DNA of 63,748 bases, counting the filler, from Octopus bimaculoides (lineage: Eukaryota): NCBI RefSeq assembly GCF_001194135.2. It is 6 parts of 5 records of this genome, joined end to end, with 100 filler letters (N's around TTAATTAATTAA, not from the genome) between each part and the next. Parts side by side here need not be neighbours in the genome. Positions count along the whole stretch, not along the records: positions 36,322 to 44,250 come from NW_026396319.1; positions 44,351 to 59,127 come from NC_069010.1; 4 more parts are not named here. One strand, 5' to 3'. Shown here piece after piece: positions 39,575 through 51,982 of this stretch; the stretch's first letter is position 1; each line of letters begins with the position of its first letter. Made by a program: the position numbers and the translations under genes. The notes under the pieces were generated by a model. It searched no databases and was not told the DNA's origin. It saw only the letters and a list, made by a program, of their open reading frames with translations.

Positions 39575-41375
39575 CATCATCATCATCATCATCGTTTAAT
39601 GTCTGCTTTCCATGCTAGCATGGGTTGGACGATTTGACTGAGGACTGGTGAAACCAGATGGCTACACCAGGCTCCAATTTGATCTGGCAGAGTTTCTACA
39701 GCTGGATGCCCTTCCTAATGCCAACTACTCCGAGAGTGTAGTGAGTGCTTTTACGTGCCACCAGCGCAAAGGCCAGTCAGGCGGTACTGGTAATGCCCAT
39801 GCTCAAAATGGTGTATTTTACGTGCTACCTGCACAGGAGCCAGTCCAGCGGCACTGGTAACGACCTCGCTCAAATGTTTTTTCCCGTGCCACCAGCACAA
39901 GTGCCAGTAAGGCAATGCTGGTAATGATCACGCTCAAATGTTGCTATTTACGTGCCACTGGCACGGAAGCCAGACAGCTGCTCTGGCAATGATCACGCAC
40001 GGACGGTGCTCTGAGCGCTCCATTGGTACAGGTGCCATCACAATTTCGATTTCAGTTGCCCCAACAGGTCTTCGCAAGTCGAGTTTAGTGTCCAATGAAG
40101 GAGAGGTACGCATAAGTAGGCTGGCAGAGGCCTCAGACTATGGTCTCACTTGGCTTACCGGCTCTTCTCACGCACAGCATATTTCCGAAGGTCTTGGTCA
40201 CAAGTCATTGCCTCAGTGAGGCCTATTGTTTGAAGATCGTGCTTCACCAACTCATCCCAGGTCTTCCTGGGTCTACCTCTTTCACAGGTTCCCTCAACTG
40301 CTAGGGTGTGGCACTTTTTCACACAGCTATCCTCATCCATTCTCGCCACATGACCATACCAGCACAATCGTCTCTCTTGCACACCGCAACTGATGCTTCT
40401 TATGTTCAGCTTTTCTCTCAAGATACTTACACTCTGACGGGTATGCACACTGACATTACACATCCATCGGAGCATACTGGCTTCATTCCTTGTGAGCTTA
40501 CGCATGTCCTCAGCAGTCACGGCCCATGTTTCACTGCCATGTAGCATGACTGTTTGTACACATGCGGNNNNNNNNNNNNNNNNNNNNNNNNNNNNNNNNN
40601 NNNNNNNNNNNNNNNNNNNNNNNNNNNNNNNNNNNNNNNNNNNNNNNNNNNNNNNNNNNNNNNNNNNNNNNNNNNNNNNNNNNNNNNNNNNNNNNNNNNN
40701 NNNNNNNNNNNNNNNNNNNNNNNNNNNNNNNNNNNNNNNNNNNNNNNNNNNNNNNNNNNNNNNNNNNNNNNNNNNNNNNNNNNNNNNNNNNNNNNNNNNN
40801 NNNNNNNNNNNNNNNNNNNNNNNNNNNNNNNNNNNNNNNNNNNNNNNNNNNNNNNNNNNNNNNNNNNNNNNNNNNNNNNNNNNNNNNNNNNNNNNNNNNN
40901 NNNNNNNNNNNNNNNNNNNNNNNNNNNNNNNNNNNNNNNNNNNNNNNNNNNNNNNNNNNNNNNNNNNNNNNNNNNNNNNNNNNNNNNNNNNNNNNNNNNN
41001 NNNNNNNNNNNNNNNNNNNNNNNNNNNNNNNNNNNNNNNNNNNNNNNNNNNNNNNNNNNNNNNNNNNNNNGGGGTTTTGTCTACCTTCCTACTTGTTAGG
41101 ACTTTGGTTTTAGCTAGGTTGACTCTAAGGCCCTTCGATTCTAGTCCTTGCTTCCACACCTGAAACTTCTCTAGTTCTGATACTGACTCAGCAATTAGTG
41201 CAAGGTCATCAGCATAGAGGAGCTCCCAGAGGCATCCTGTCTTGAATTCCTCTGTTATTGCTTGGAGGACTATGATAAATAGAAAGGGGCTGAGGACTGA
41301 ACCTTGGTGGACCCCTACCTCTACCTGGAATTCTTCACTGTACTCGTTGCCAACCCTCACCTTACTGACAGCGTC
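39575..41375 (-). mobile_element. 5'-truncated RTE LINE with RT core, 3' UTR and (GAT)n tail
   Basis: GVHQGSVLSPFLF..ELLYADDLALIAES..GLRVNLAKTK..VMLHGSETW..WYGHVARM..GRPRKTW. The 3' UTR has gttggcattaggaagggcatccagctgtagaaac and ends acattaaacgatgatgatg. Internal N gap. Confidence 0.93.
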
Positions 41376-43631
41376 TCTCTCTCTCTATATATATATATGT
41401 GCGTGCATAGATGTTTAATGTGTGTGTGTATGTTTTGTTAGCTGGCAAGGTCAAATGGCAGATCAGAGCCCATTCCTTCTGTAGATCGTCCCATATCAGT
41501 GACTTTCGTATCATTAATGCTCCATTGAAAATGTTGAGGTTCAAACCCTTCCTGAAAGACATGAGCAGAGAAGATTCCAGTGGGACGATGTTCTGCGGGC
41601 GGAAGGACTGGCTTTAGTACTTAGGTGTCAGAGTTTGGACACAAAAGGGGTGACATACGCTAAACGTGATAGATATAGCAGCCAAATTTTCCTCAAAGTA
41701 TAACTTACTGCTTTATGTATGTATATGTTTATTGGCCATAGTTGGACATTCAACATTTTAGATGGTCCTAATAGAAATAGCAGCTAAATCACTTACTCCA
41801 TACTAAACTCTTCTTGAACTGACCATTCATTGCTCACTTCCTCACTAAACAATTCGTTGAAAACACTAATTGAAAGAAAACTAATTGAAATACACCTCAT
41901 CTAAAAACATTACCCTATATATCGATACAATGAGACATACAACGCCATTATTTTAAAATCTACCAATGTTCACCATCGAAAGATAAATCACATTCTACAA
42001 ACGCACAAGTCCATCACAAACAACCTAAATCACAAAAAAGTCTACTGATAAATGCGAAGCTATACCCAACAACGACGAAACCATTATCTAAAAGATGCGG
42101 GCATCGAAATAGGGGAGCATGCCTCCCATTCTACTGGAAGGCTCGCAATTCCATTTGAAACAAGGTCAGGAATTTGCAATTAACCCATTCCTGCCAATCA
42201 TCCGTTTAATCTGACCCTTAATTTATAAGGGTATAAAACAAATACTTGATACAAATTGTTGTGTATGATCTGTATCAAAGAATGAACCAGGTTCTTAACG
42301 CGTATGCAGTCTGTATCAAACGGATTTCAATGAAATTTTTTTCGGTTGTTATTTAGGTCAAAATAATAGTATCTGTGAATTTTCGGGCAATTTCATTCAC
42401 GAGAAAAATTTCAACACGAACGGGTTAAGACCAATTTCACTTGTGCATCCGAGAATTTAATATGTTTGACAACTCGTTCAGGTTGTCGTCACAACTATGT
42501 AGGCCAAACAAGGCTATTCCTTAGACGGAGAACTTCACTTTATAAGAAACAGATACAGCAGGAATGGTGCGGCTGTCAGAAGATTCTTCCTCTGAGGAGA
42601 AGGATATTATCCTCTTGTACATCAGCGGGAGAGAGGTAGAAAGGCTACTGGGTCGTGCATGCAGCCGGGAGAGATCCTTTTCCACATGCACAACAACAGC
42701 AAGGTGGCCGCGGATGTGGTTACCCGCACCATTAACATGGTCAAGGCCACCTGCAAGTGAAAGGATTATTTGTATTTCCCAAATAAAGTAAATTATGATA
42801 TGAATTCTTGCCTGATCATCAGGATTGTTGATGGAGGAATATTGACTGTTTAAATGATAATTATAATGAACCAAGGTTTTCGAGGGGTTGCCGATCGGTG
42901 GGCGTCGGTGACCCTCTCCCTTTCATCCATTCCTTGTAATCATCTTCATTCGTTAATGTATTTGTCTAGCCCTTGCTTCTGGCAACTCTATGTTAGGCTG
43001 TATTATTTCAATTCTATGAAATAAAGAAACAGATACGTTTGCCAAGGTATGGACAGATAGCAGTGAGTCAACAGAGAGAAAGCTGTGCTGGGAAACCAAA
43101 CTTCACGGTTTTCCCCAACTACCAGTGAAAGGAAACAATTTTTGTACAAGAACGATGAAATAAAGAAAATGCATTTATTGAAACATACAAACCGCACCTG
43201 AATATCAACACAGAACTATTTTGGGTTTTGTGAATATTCTAATTCATGAAACGCTTAACCAAAACTCGATATATTTCATTTCACTACTTCATGAGTTTCA
43301 GTGAAAAAAAAATTTACCTTCCAAAGGAGTAATTACCTCCCCTTTCCCAGAAAAATAACAATTACCAATTACCTCCCTTAGATTTGTACCGCATTCTGAT
43401 TCATTTCCAAACCCACAAACATCATGGAGCAAATACTTCGTGAGAAAATACAAAGCTGCAATATTTTCACCAATTTCACTGCCATGATTGGCGAAACCCG
43501 TCATAATAATCAACCCTTTAAATGTATATTAAAAGTGTATATAAATTATCTGCATTTTCCTTCCTTTGTTGTATATCTTTTGACTACAACTCACGACTTG
43601 GAGAAAATCTCTTTAATGAAATTCTGTTATA

Positions 43632-44140
<509 letters not shown>

Positions 44141-44194
44141 CACAGGCATAACTCGGCTAAAGTTGTTCTCAATTATACGTCGGTTTTGAAAAAC

Positions 44195-44720
44195 ATCATC
44201 ATCATCATCGTTGTGGTCGTTGTCGTTTAACGTCCGCTTTCCATGCTAGCNNNNNNNNNNNNNNNNNNNNNNNNNNNNNNNNNNNNNNNNNNNNTTAATT
44301 AATTAANNNNNNNNNNNNNNNNNNNNNNNNNNNNNNNNNNNNNNNNNNNNACTAGGCTATAGCCAACACTGCCAGATATTTTGAGCATCTCTGCAGTGAT
44401 TCCTGATGGGCCGGGGGCTTTCCCGGTCTTCATACTCTTAATTGCTTTATCTACCCTGGTACTATCAACTCGGATAGCTGGTCCCTCTATTGGGTTGACA
44501 TACGGCAGGCTCTCTTTCTCCCATTCATTCTCTTTATTAAGCAATCTATCGTAGTGGCATCTCCAGACCTCTTTCTTTGCATCCTCATTTAATGCAAGCG
44601 TACCATCATCCATGCGAACACATTTCTCTCCTACAACATCACTATTCTCTCTCCTACACTGTCTTGCAACACGAAATACCTCGAGTCTTTGGTCCTCACA
44701 GCACAGAACATTGGCAGATC
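44195..44720 (-). mobile_element. RTE LINE fragments: endonuclease-RT linker and 3' tail on either side of a gap
   Basis: DAKKEVWRCHYDRLLNKENEW..VDKAIKSMKTGKAPGPSGITAEMLK; tail gctagcatggaaagcggacgttaaacgac..gatgatg. The ~120-N gap is too short for the intervening RT, so the gap is undersized or the element is internally deleted. Confidence 0.85.
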
Positions 44721-44804
44721 TTTCCTTATCTGCTTATATATATATATATATATTATATATGTATGTATGTGTATATATATGTGAATGTATGTATGTATGC
44801 GTTT

Positions 44805-45340
44805 CAGCTACGTCTCTAGACGACTTTAGAATCTCCTCCAACGCTTCTGGATGGTCTCCTTGTTTAAGTTGATGAATGCTGCCATAATCCTTGCCTTCAG
44901 TTAGTTCATCTTTGGTGTTACAAGGAGTTTTGGTGGTCTCTCGCTCAACTGCACTCCACATAATAATCAAGGGGATTGCAGTCTGGGGTGTTAGGGGGGC
45001 GATGTGGTTGCGGAAATTGTCTGACAGCCATTACCGGGTTCTCCTGCTCGTGTGGCATGGTACAGAGTCCCGTTGTCAGACATGGGGCCCTCCAACAGCT
45101 ACCCTATTGACCCAGGGCAACACCACCTCCTCTAAGCACTTGATGTAGGATTGCATGTTGAGTCTGATGCATTGTGGAAAGATTAATGGAGACATAATGT
45201 CGCAATCGCTAGTGATCACTTGAATCACCATGATGTTGACTCGGTGCATGTCCTCAGATTGACACCTAAACACTCTGAAATGTTCGTATTCGAACTTCCA
45301 GCGTGAATGCCAAGCAATACAGCATGTCGTTTCCAAATTT
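44805..45340 (-). mobile_element. Decayed Tc1/mariner-superfamily transposase, DD37D (maT)-like
   Basis: IMVIQVITSDCDIMSPLIFP..YIKCLEEVVLPWV..WQRDSVPCHTSRRT..WLSDNF..PDCNPLDYYVWSAVERET..NTKDEL. The SPDxNPLDY/W.QD.AP.H arrangement is typical of this group. Confidence 0.78.
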
Positions 45341-45511
45341 CCGGCAGAGTGAATTGCCTCATGGTGCTCTTTTTCTCACAGACGTTGCCCAACTAGCCCT
45401 ACTATACTATGTAGTTGACAAAATCAAAAACAAACAATGCACATGTGCGACAATGAAGCTATAAAATGGTGATAATTTACCCATCGCACCGTGTATGTAT
45501 TTGTGTGTGTG

Positions 45512-45552
<41 letters not shown>

Positions 45553-47303
45553 AAGTGTGTGTGTATATATATATACATATATATATATGTGTGTATGTGC
45601 ATGTGTGTATATATACATGTATATATTACTCACGCATTATCCGGCAGGTTTGAAATTTCGATGATACAATCCTATACTATTAGAATGACATTTTAGGATA
45701 AGTGTAAGAGGCCAGATCTTGTTGGTTTCAGCATAAAACACATAGAAGATATGGGTCGGATATGGCTGGTTTGAATATTAAAGGGTAAACCCATTAGCAT
45801 TCAAATTCCTTTTATAAATGTAACCCTTATTTGTTCATTTTGTTTGGCGTTAATCCTGCATTATTTGGTAAATTTGAGTTTTCATCAATATGGTTGCTTA
45901 CAGGGCAATTGTAGGGGTAGGTGTGAGAGCCTGGATCTGGCTAGTCTGAACATAAAACACACAGAATATTCGGGCAGGTTGTGGCTGGTTTAAGTGCTAA
46001 TGGCGAACGGTTTCTGCCCAGAGGACAGTTTATGTATGTCTGTGTGTTCACGTGTGCCTTGGCGTGTCTGTCTTTGTCCCCACATCACTTATTATGTGTG
46101 TGTGTGTGTGTGCGTATGTTTGTATCCATGTGTGTGCCCCTGTGTCCATGCGTGTGAATGTGTGCCTGTGTTTGTGTCTGTACGTGTCACTTAACCACAT
46201 ATTCACAATGTAACCGTTTATGTTTCTTCACACAGTCTCCAATCATGCCACACACTGTCCAAAACACGCAATGGACAACCAACAGATTTTTTTTATTGTA
46301 AACACTTCATGAAATATTTCCAAATGACTTTTCTTCTTCTGGTTGCTTTCTCGAAACGCAAACCAATAACAAATAACGAACTATACTTTTTAATTAATTT
46401 CTGCATTTCTTCGCTTGTTTACCCCCCACCCCTTAGCTTTTTTTCTTTTATTTTTCCATTCTATTTAGTATTTATTTTATCGTCTTGGTTTGCTCTGTAA
46501 CTAATTAGTTAAATATATATATACACATGTATGTGTGTGTGTATATATNNNNNNNNNNNNNNNNNNNNNNNNNNNNNNNNNNNNNNNNNNNNNNNNNNNN
46601 NNNNNNNNNNNNNNNNNNNNNNNNNNNNNNNNNNNNNNNNNNNNNNNNNNNNNNNNNNNNNNNNNNNNNNNNNNNNNNNNNNNNNNNNNNNNNNNNNNNN
46701 NNNNNNNNNNNNNNNNNNNNNNNNNNNNNNNNNNNNNNNNNNNNNNNNNNNNNNNNNNNNNNNNNNNNNNNNNNNNNNNNNNNNNNNNNNNNNNNNNNNN
46801 NNNNNNNNNNNNNNNNNNNNNNNNNNNNNNNNNNNNNNNNNNNNNNNNNNNNNNNNNNNNNNNNNNNNNNNNNNNNNNNNNNNNNNNNNNNNNNNNNNNN
46901 NNNNNNNNNNNNNNNNNNNNNNNNNNNNNNNNNNNNNNNNNNNNNNNNNNNNNNNNNNNNNNNNNNNNNNNNNNNNNNNNNNNNNNNNNNNNNNNNNNNN
47001 TTGTCCCCCCAACAAAATTTTCCGCTAACCTTCTAGGACGCCGTCACTTTGCGGAAACTCATCATGAACCGTAAACATGAATCCGATGCAAGGAAGGCAG
47101 TTAAGAGCAGTGCCCGGATCAGGTGAGTTGGATTTTATTGATTTATGGATCGCATGTGTGTGTGTGTGTGTATAATAATGAATGTCGAATCCGTTAGCAT
47201 TTAAGCAGGCCATATCTAGCATGAATATTCTACTTGTTTTGTTAAAAGCGGCCAGATCTGGCCCTCCATACCTACCCTACAATGTCATTCTAAAAACAAA
47301 CAT

Positions 47304-47700
47304 AGGCACAGGTGTGGCTGTGTGGTAAGTAGCTTGCTTACCAACCACATGGTTCCTAGTTCAGTCCACTGTGTAGCACCTTGAGCAAGTGTCTTCTACT
47401 ATGGCCTCGGGCTGACCAGAGGCTTGTGAGTGGATTTGGTAGACGGAAGCTGAAAGAAGTCCATCATTTGTGTGTTTGTATATATATGTGTGTGTGTGTG
47501 TGTGTGTATTTGTATGTTCATGTGTCCCCGCCCACCATCGCTTGACAACTGACGTTGTTGTGTTTACATCCCTGTAACTTAGCAGTTTGGCAAAAGGGGT
47601 TGATATAATAAGTACTAGTTTTACACAGACTAAGTCATGGGGTCGAATTGTTTGACTACAACTCCCTAAGATGGTGCTCCAACTGACTGAAACAACTATA
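47304..47700 (+). mobile_element. tRNA-derived SINE
   Basis: Same head/body/tail as 43632-44140. Confidence 0.82.
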
Positions 47701-48249
47701 AGCATAAAAACAAACAAAGAAAGAAAGAACCACATCACCGAAATCTCAGAACTCTGAGATTATGTGTGATTAACCCTTCCGCAATTAGATTATTCTGTCA
47801 GATGTAATCCTTATTTAACCATGTTGTTTTTTTTTTACTTAATCAAGGATTATCTGACAGCTTTGAGATTTCAATGAAGCGATCGTTTACTTTTGAAGTA
47901 CATTGCTGACTAGGTGTGAAAGGCCAGATCTGGCCAGCTTAAATGCTAAACAGTCAACGAAATGATTAATCGGACAATTAGTTAAATAGTTTACCAATTC
48001 ATGAATAACGAAGAAGGGAAATAGAACCAGTGTATATGTTTATTATTGGCATAACGACCCTCCCAAGATACAGCAAAAGATGCTTATTGTTTTTTAATAA
48101 ATCATTATACAATTGGATAAGGCCGGTTTGAATTTTAAAGGGTTAATTAAAAACAATGTGAATAAATCCTTTATAGTATAGGCAGGCAGAAGGCCTGACA
48201 TTTTGCAGTTAGGGGTCAGTCAACCTCGGTGGTATGTAAACTAAGCATG

Positions 48250-48410
48250 GTTGTGTGATGTGGAATGGTAAGAAACGTGCTTCCCAATCACATGGTTCTG
48301 GGTTCAGTCCCACTGCATGGGATTGAATACAGGGGTTGATACATTCAGTTAAAATTCCCCAAGGCTTTGCCCCAGCATGGCCTCAGTCTAATGACTGAAG
48401 AAAATAAAAA
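48250..48410 (+). mobile_element. Internally deleted SINE (head joined to tail)
   Basis: ggtaagaaacgtgcttcccaatcacatggttctgggttcagtccca followed directly by gccccagcatggcctcagtctaatgactgaa. Confidence 0.65.
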
Positions 48411-49906
48411 GATAACAGATACCTTTGTGTGTGTTACTGGCTATTAATAATTGACTATACGTGTATGTTTGTAGATATGTGGTTATATGTGTGTCTCTGT
48501 GTATATATGGTAATGTCTGTGTGTGTGTGTGTGTGAACAAGTGTCTGCCTAAAAGTATGTATTTGTAGTTTGTATGTTAAGGAATATTTAATTGTCTATT
48601 TCTACATGCTCGTTAGTAGAGTTTATGTGCTTGTATGTATGTGGGTTAACGAGTTTTTTTCTAGAAATGTGTGTGGTTCTAGAGTTTGTGTTATTGTGTG
48701 TGTGTGCATGTATAGCAAAATGTTTGTCTGTGTATGTGTGTGTGTGTTTGTGTGTATATGGATACCAATATGTGTGTGTGTGTGTGTGCATATGCAGCAA
48801 AATGTTTGTGTGTGTATGTATACCAATATGTGTATGTGTATGCATTATAGCAAAATGTCTAACGTTAAACGATGATGATGATGATGATGATTGTGTATGT
48901 GTGTGCGTCTATGTATACCAATATGTGTGTGTGCATATATAGCAAAATGTTTGTGTGTCTATGTGTGTGTTTGTGTATGCATGTATAACANNNNNNNNNN
49001 GTCTATGTGTTTACGTGTGTCTGCATGTATAGCAAAACGTTTGTGCATCTATGTGTGTGTGTGTGTTTGTGTATGTATGTTTACCAATGTGTGTGTGTAT
49101 GTATAGCAGAATGTTTGTGCGTATGTATGTGTTTGTGTATGTATGTATGTATGTATGTATACCAATGTGAGTAGCAGATCCAGCCTTGTCAGATTCTGTG
49201 TCACGCTGAACCTCTCCAGAGCACTATGTTAAACATATGCACGTCTGTGGAGTGCTCAACCACTTGCATGTTAATTTCACAAGCAGGTTGTTCTGTCAAT
49301 TGGGCCACCTGGAACCCTCACTATCGTAACCGATGGAATGCCAGTTGTCTGTGCCTCTCTACATTCTCTCTTTGTATGTTCCTAGCTGTTTCTGTGTCTC
49401 TATATCCACGTACACCCATCTATGTGTATATATACATATATATACACACAGTAATCCCTCACTATATTGTCGTTTACCTATTGTGGTTTATTATTGAAGC
49501 TTATGTCGATTCCCCTGTGGTGTTGTTTTGCATTTATAATAAAGTAAATATATACAAATTATAAAAATAATAATAAAATAAATATACAGTACAGTACTGT
49601 TTCTACTTTGCGGATTTTCACCTATTGTAGGGGGTTTCGGAACATAATACCTGTGATAATCAAGGGATTACTGTAATGTATTTATATGCAGTTAAGTGCG
49701 TCCAGTTATAGAGTGACTAATGGTTTCACATCCATAAGGTGCTTAACCCTATGGATAAATCATCAGACTCCAATGGTGGAGGACATAGATATATATATAT
49801 GTGCTTATATATATATGTATATGTATGTGTTTTTATGTATATATATATATGTGTGTGTGTGTGTATTATTATGTATATATATATATGTTTTTATAAACAT
49901 ATATGT

Positions 49907-49978
<72 letters not shown>

Positions 49979-49979
<1 letters not shown>

Positions 49980-50140
49980 GGCGCAAGGTGACTGTGTGGT
50001 AAGAAGTTTACTTCCCAACTGCATGGTTCCGGGTTCAGCCCCAATGCATGGCATCTTGGGCAAATGTCTTCCACTATATCCACAGCCCAACCAAAGCTTT
50101 GTGAATGGATTTGGTAGACAGAAACTGAAAGAAGCCCATC
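49979..50140 (+). mobile_element. tRNA-derived SINE head/body
   Basis: gtgtggtaagaag..ggttccgggttcagccc..gtcttccactata..ggatttggtagacagaaactgaaagaagccc. Confidence 0.8.
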
Positions 50141-50473
50141 ATGTATATGTGTGTCTGTGAGGGTGTCTTTGTGTCTGTTTTGTGTGTGTATTTGTGTATG
50201 CATGTATACGAAAGTGTGCATTCTTGTATTCAAGTGTATTGTATTGTATGCATGTGTATGTGCCCCTGTGTTTGTGCATGGTCTGTGTGTGTACGTAGAT
50301 ACTAGAACTTGTATATCTCTATGTGTGTGTTTGTGTGTTGATTGGGCAGTTGCTTTAATCAGAGCCTTAATTTGTTGATTGATTGAACGCTTATTGATCT
50401 ATTTCAATCTTTGTTTATTCGTTTGCTTATTTACCTCTTCTTCTCTTCCCACTCCTCACCGCCACCGCTGCAG

Positions 50474-50686
50474 GGAGTTACAGAACATCCAGAAACACTG
50501 CCTCAAAGACCAGTGTGAAACCGAAAGTGACCTGTCCAGTTGGCAGGGCAGCACTGGTTCCTATGACGAGGACTGCTTTGATTATGATGACCGAACTCTC
50601 TGGTCCTTATATTTCACTGTCAAAAACTACAAGAACGCACTCGGTCAAAACTTGGCTGAGCCATTTTACAAGCTACCCAGTCAAAG
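50474..50686 (+). CDS. PBRM1-like: Internal exon of a polybromo-type multi-bromodomain gene (linker plus N-terminal part of a bromodomain)
   Basis: Long pyrimidine tract then gctgcag|G; donor AAG|gtaaat; 213 bp, phase 2-2. Encodes ELQNIQKHCLKDQCETESDLSSWQGSTGSYDEDCFDYDDRTLWSLYFTVKNYKNALGQNLAEPFYKLPSQ(R), resembling PBRM1 bromodomain 3 (LYDTVRSCRNNQGQLIAEPFYHLPSKK). Orthology not established. Confidence 0.85.
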
Positions 50687-50919
50687 GTAAATGTTTGACA
50701 TTATTATTATAATTTTTTTATTTTGACTTTTTATATTCAGATGTCAAGATATCAAAAATTCTCCAAGTGTAGTACAACGGTTTTGCTATGGAATAGTGAA
50801 ATTATTTTTTTCATTTTCTGAAAAAGCAACGTTTTGGCCTTACAACACTTTTGCATAATAGCAGCGATATATAGTTCAAATTTATAGAAAAACAAAAGAC
50901 AAAGACAGGCGTAAGAACA

Positions 50920-51058
50920 ACAAGTGTTTTAGTTTGACGCTCAGGAAAAATGGAAAAGTCTCTTATGTTTCGAGCCTACGCTCCTTGACAGAAAGGAATA
51001 AGAAGAAATAGAGAGAAAATGAAAAAAACATGTAGAGTTTAGCAGCCCAGCATGGCAA
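50920..51058 (-). mobile_element. Second copy of the probable PLE terminus with hammerhead-like motif
   Basis: Aligns to 28010-28145 (ttagtttgacgctc.ggaaaaatg..gtttcgagcctacgctc..cagaaagg..gtagagtt.agcag). Confidence 0.6.
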
Positions 51059-51284
51059 TTATATATATATATATAATTTCCTTCCACTCCCTTGATCACG
51101 GCTTCACGAAGGAGGGAAGTGGACGGGGGGATTTATACTCGAGGATTTAGGGTAACTTGATCAATAAAGCAATTGAGTTACCAGAATATTGCAATACTTT
51201 GGACTCAGCACAACAGAGAGAGAGAGAGGAATGGTTACAGAGGAGAGAAACATAAAAATGTATATTTTAAAAGATGAATTGATT

Positions 51285-51497
51285 GACCACCATTCAAGCG
51301 TGGTCGTTACCAGTGCCGGTGGCATGTAAAAAGCACCATTCAAACGTGGCTAATGTCGGTTCCACTTGACTGGCTCTCGTGCAGGTGGCACGTAAAAAGC
51401 ACCCACTACACTCTCGGAGTGGTTGGCGTTAGGAAGGGCATCCAGCTTTAGAAACTCTGGAAAGCGGACGTTAAACGGCGATGATGATGATGATGAT
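51285..51497 (+). mobile_element. RTE 3'-UTR-only element with (GAT)n tail
   Basis: ggtggcacgtaaaaagcacccactacactctcggagtggttggcgttaggaagggcatccagc..gcggacgttaaacggcgatgatg. Confidence 0.8.
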
Positions 51498-51982
51498 ATA
51501 TAAAAGAAAAAAAAAAGTGGAGCAAGAACGTAACAGGCGACTACAAAATATCTGGACAGTTAGATGATTCAGAAAAGGACAGGAAAAAACAAGGACGGGT
51601 CATTCGGAGCTTCTTATCCTCAGTCAAGTTTCAGATCATCATTGCAGTTTCGGCCGGTTACACTCGAAGCTGCTCCAGTCTGGCTGGCACCCAGAAAATC
51701 TAAGCTAAGAGCACTAGACTCCTTGGAAGAAAGTAGTTAATAAATTGTATGGTATACACCTGGTAGTTTGCCAGTAGAACACATTCACCGGCTCAATGTT
51801 TGTTGGATATTTGATCAATGAGAGAGACCAAAGATGGAAGATACAAGAATCCTTATTGATCACCACGATCGTTTCGACCCATCTAGCATCGATCCTTCAG
51901 TAATTTCAAGAGGTATCTCATTAAAATAAACTCCTAATTAATAAAGGAGATGGAGTTAAAAATGGGAGGGAAGTGAAAAACA

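Noticed and set aside
39008-39637. [16 protein letters not shown]/poly-E/F/I/M ORFs throughout the window
   Set aside because: Translations of (TA)n, (CA)n, (GA)n and trinucleotide repeats; no coding signal.
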